Of a DNA stretch of 64,000 bases, positions 63,921-64,000 are shown piece after piece; position 1 is the stretch's first letter; each line of letters opens with the position of its first letter. This stretch comes from Heptranchias perlo. Taxonomy: Eukaryota. A program made the translations under genes and the position numbers. The notes under the pieces are model-generated. The model searched no databases. It was not told where the DNA came from and saw nothing but the letters and a program-made list of their open reading frames with translations. The DNA is taken from contig NW_027139215.1 of NCBI RefSeq assembly GCF_035084215.1, positions 62,001-126,000 of the forward strand, read 5' to 3'.

Positions 63921-64000
63921 GCCTCACGTCAGTGAGTGAGTTTCTACCCGAACTATTTAAATAGCACCATTAACGTAGCAAAACGTCCCAAGGCGCGTCA

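Overview
Eukaryotic (vertebrate) genomic DNA; the repeat repertoire (DeuSINE-type SINEs, CR1/L2 LINEs, Penelope-derived palindrome) suggests a cartilaginous fish (inference). 1-18.9 kb is a head-to-tail array of three ~7-kb Tx1-clade non-LTR retrotransposons (ORF1 with CCHC knuckle, ORF2 APE+RT). 19-37 kb holds two intact four-exon ferritin heavy/middle-type genes, one inverted ferritin pseudogene and about ten more Tx1 3' fragments, mostly near gene 5' ends. A nine-exon zp3 gene lies at 37.0-39.9 kb. 40-64 kb is a repeat-rich, segmentally duplicated, decaying tRNA cluster with a near-intact single-ORF CR1-group LINE. Main observation: this Tx1 family appears tied to host core promoters. It inserts at or next to TATA boxes (a TSD-proven case 2 bp from a ferritin TATA box, another 44 bp from the zp3 ATG), carries a perfect TATAAAAG in its 3' hairpin, and its 5' end is an inverted homologue of the ferritin promoter. 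All alignments were made by eye, so boundaries of degenerate repeats are approximate.
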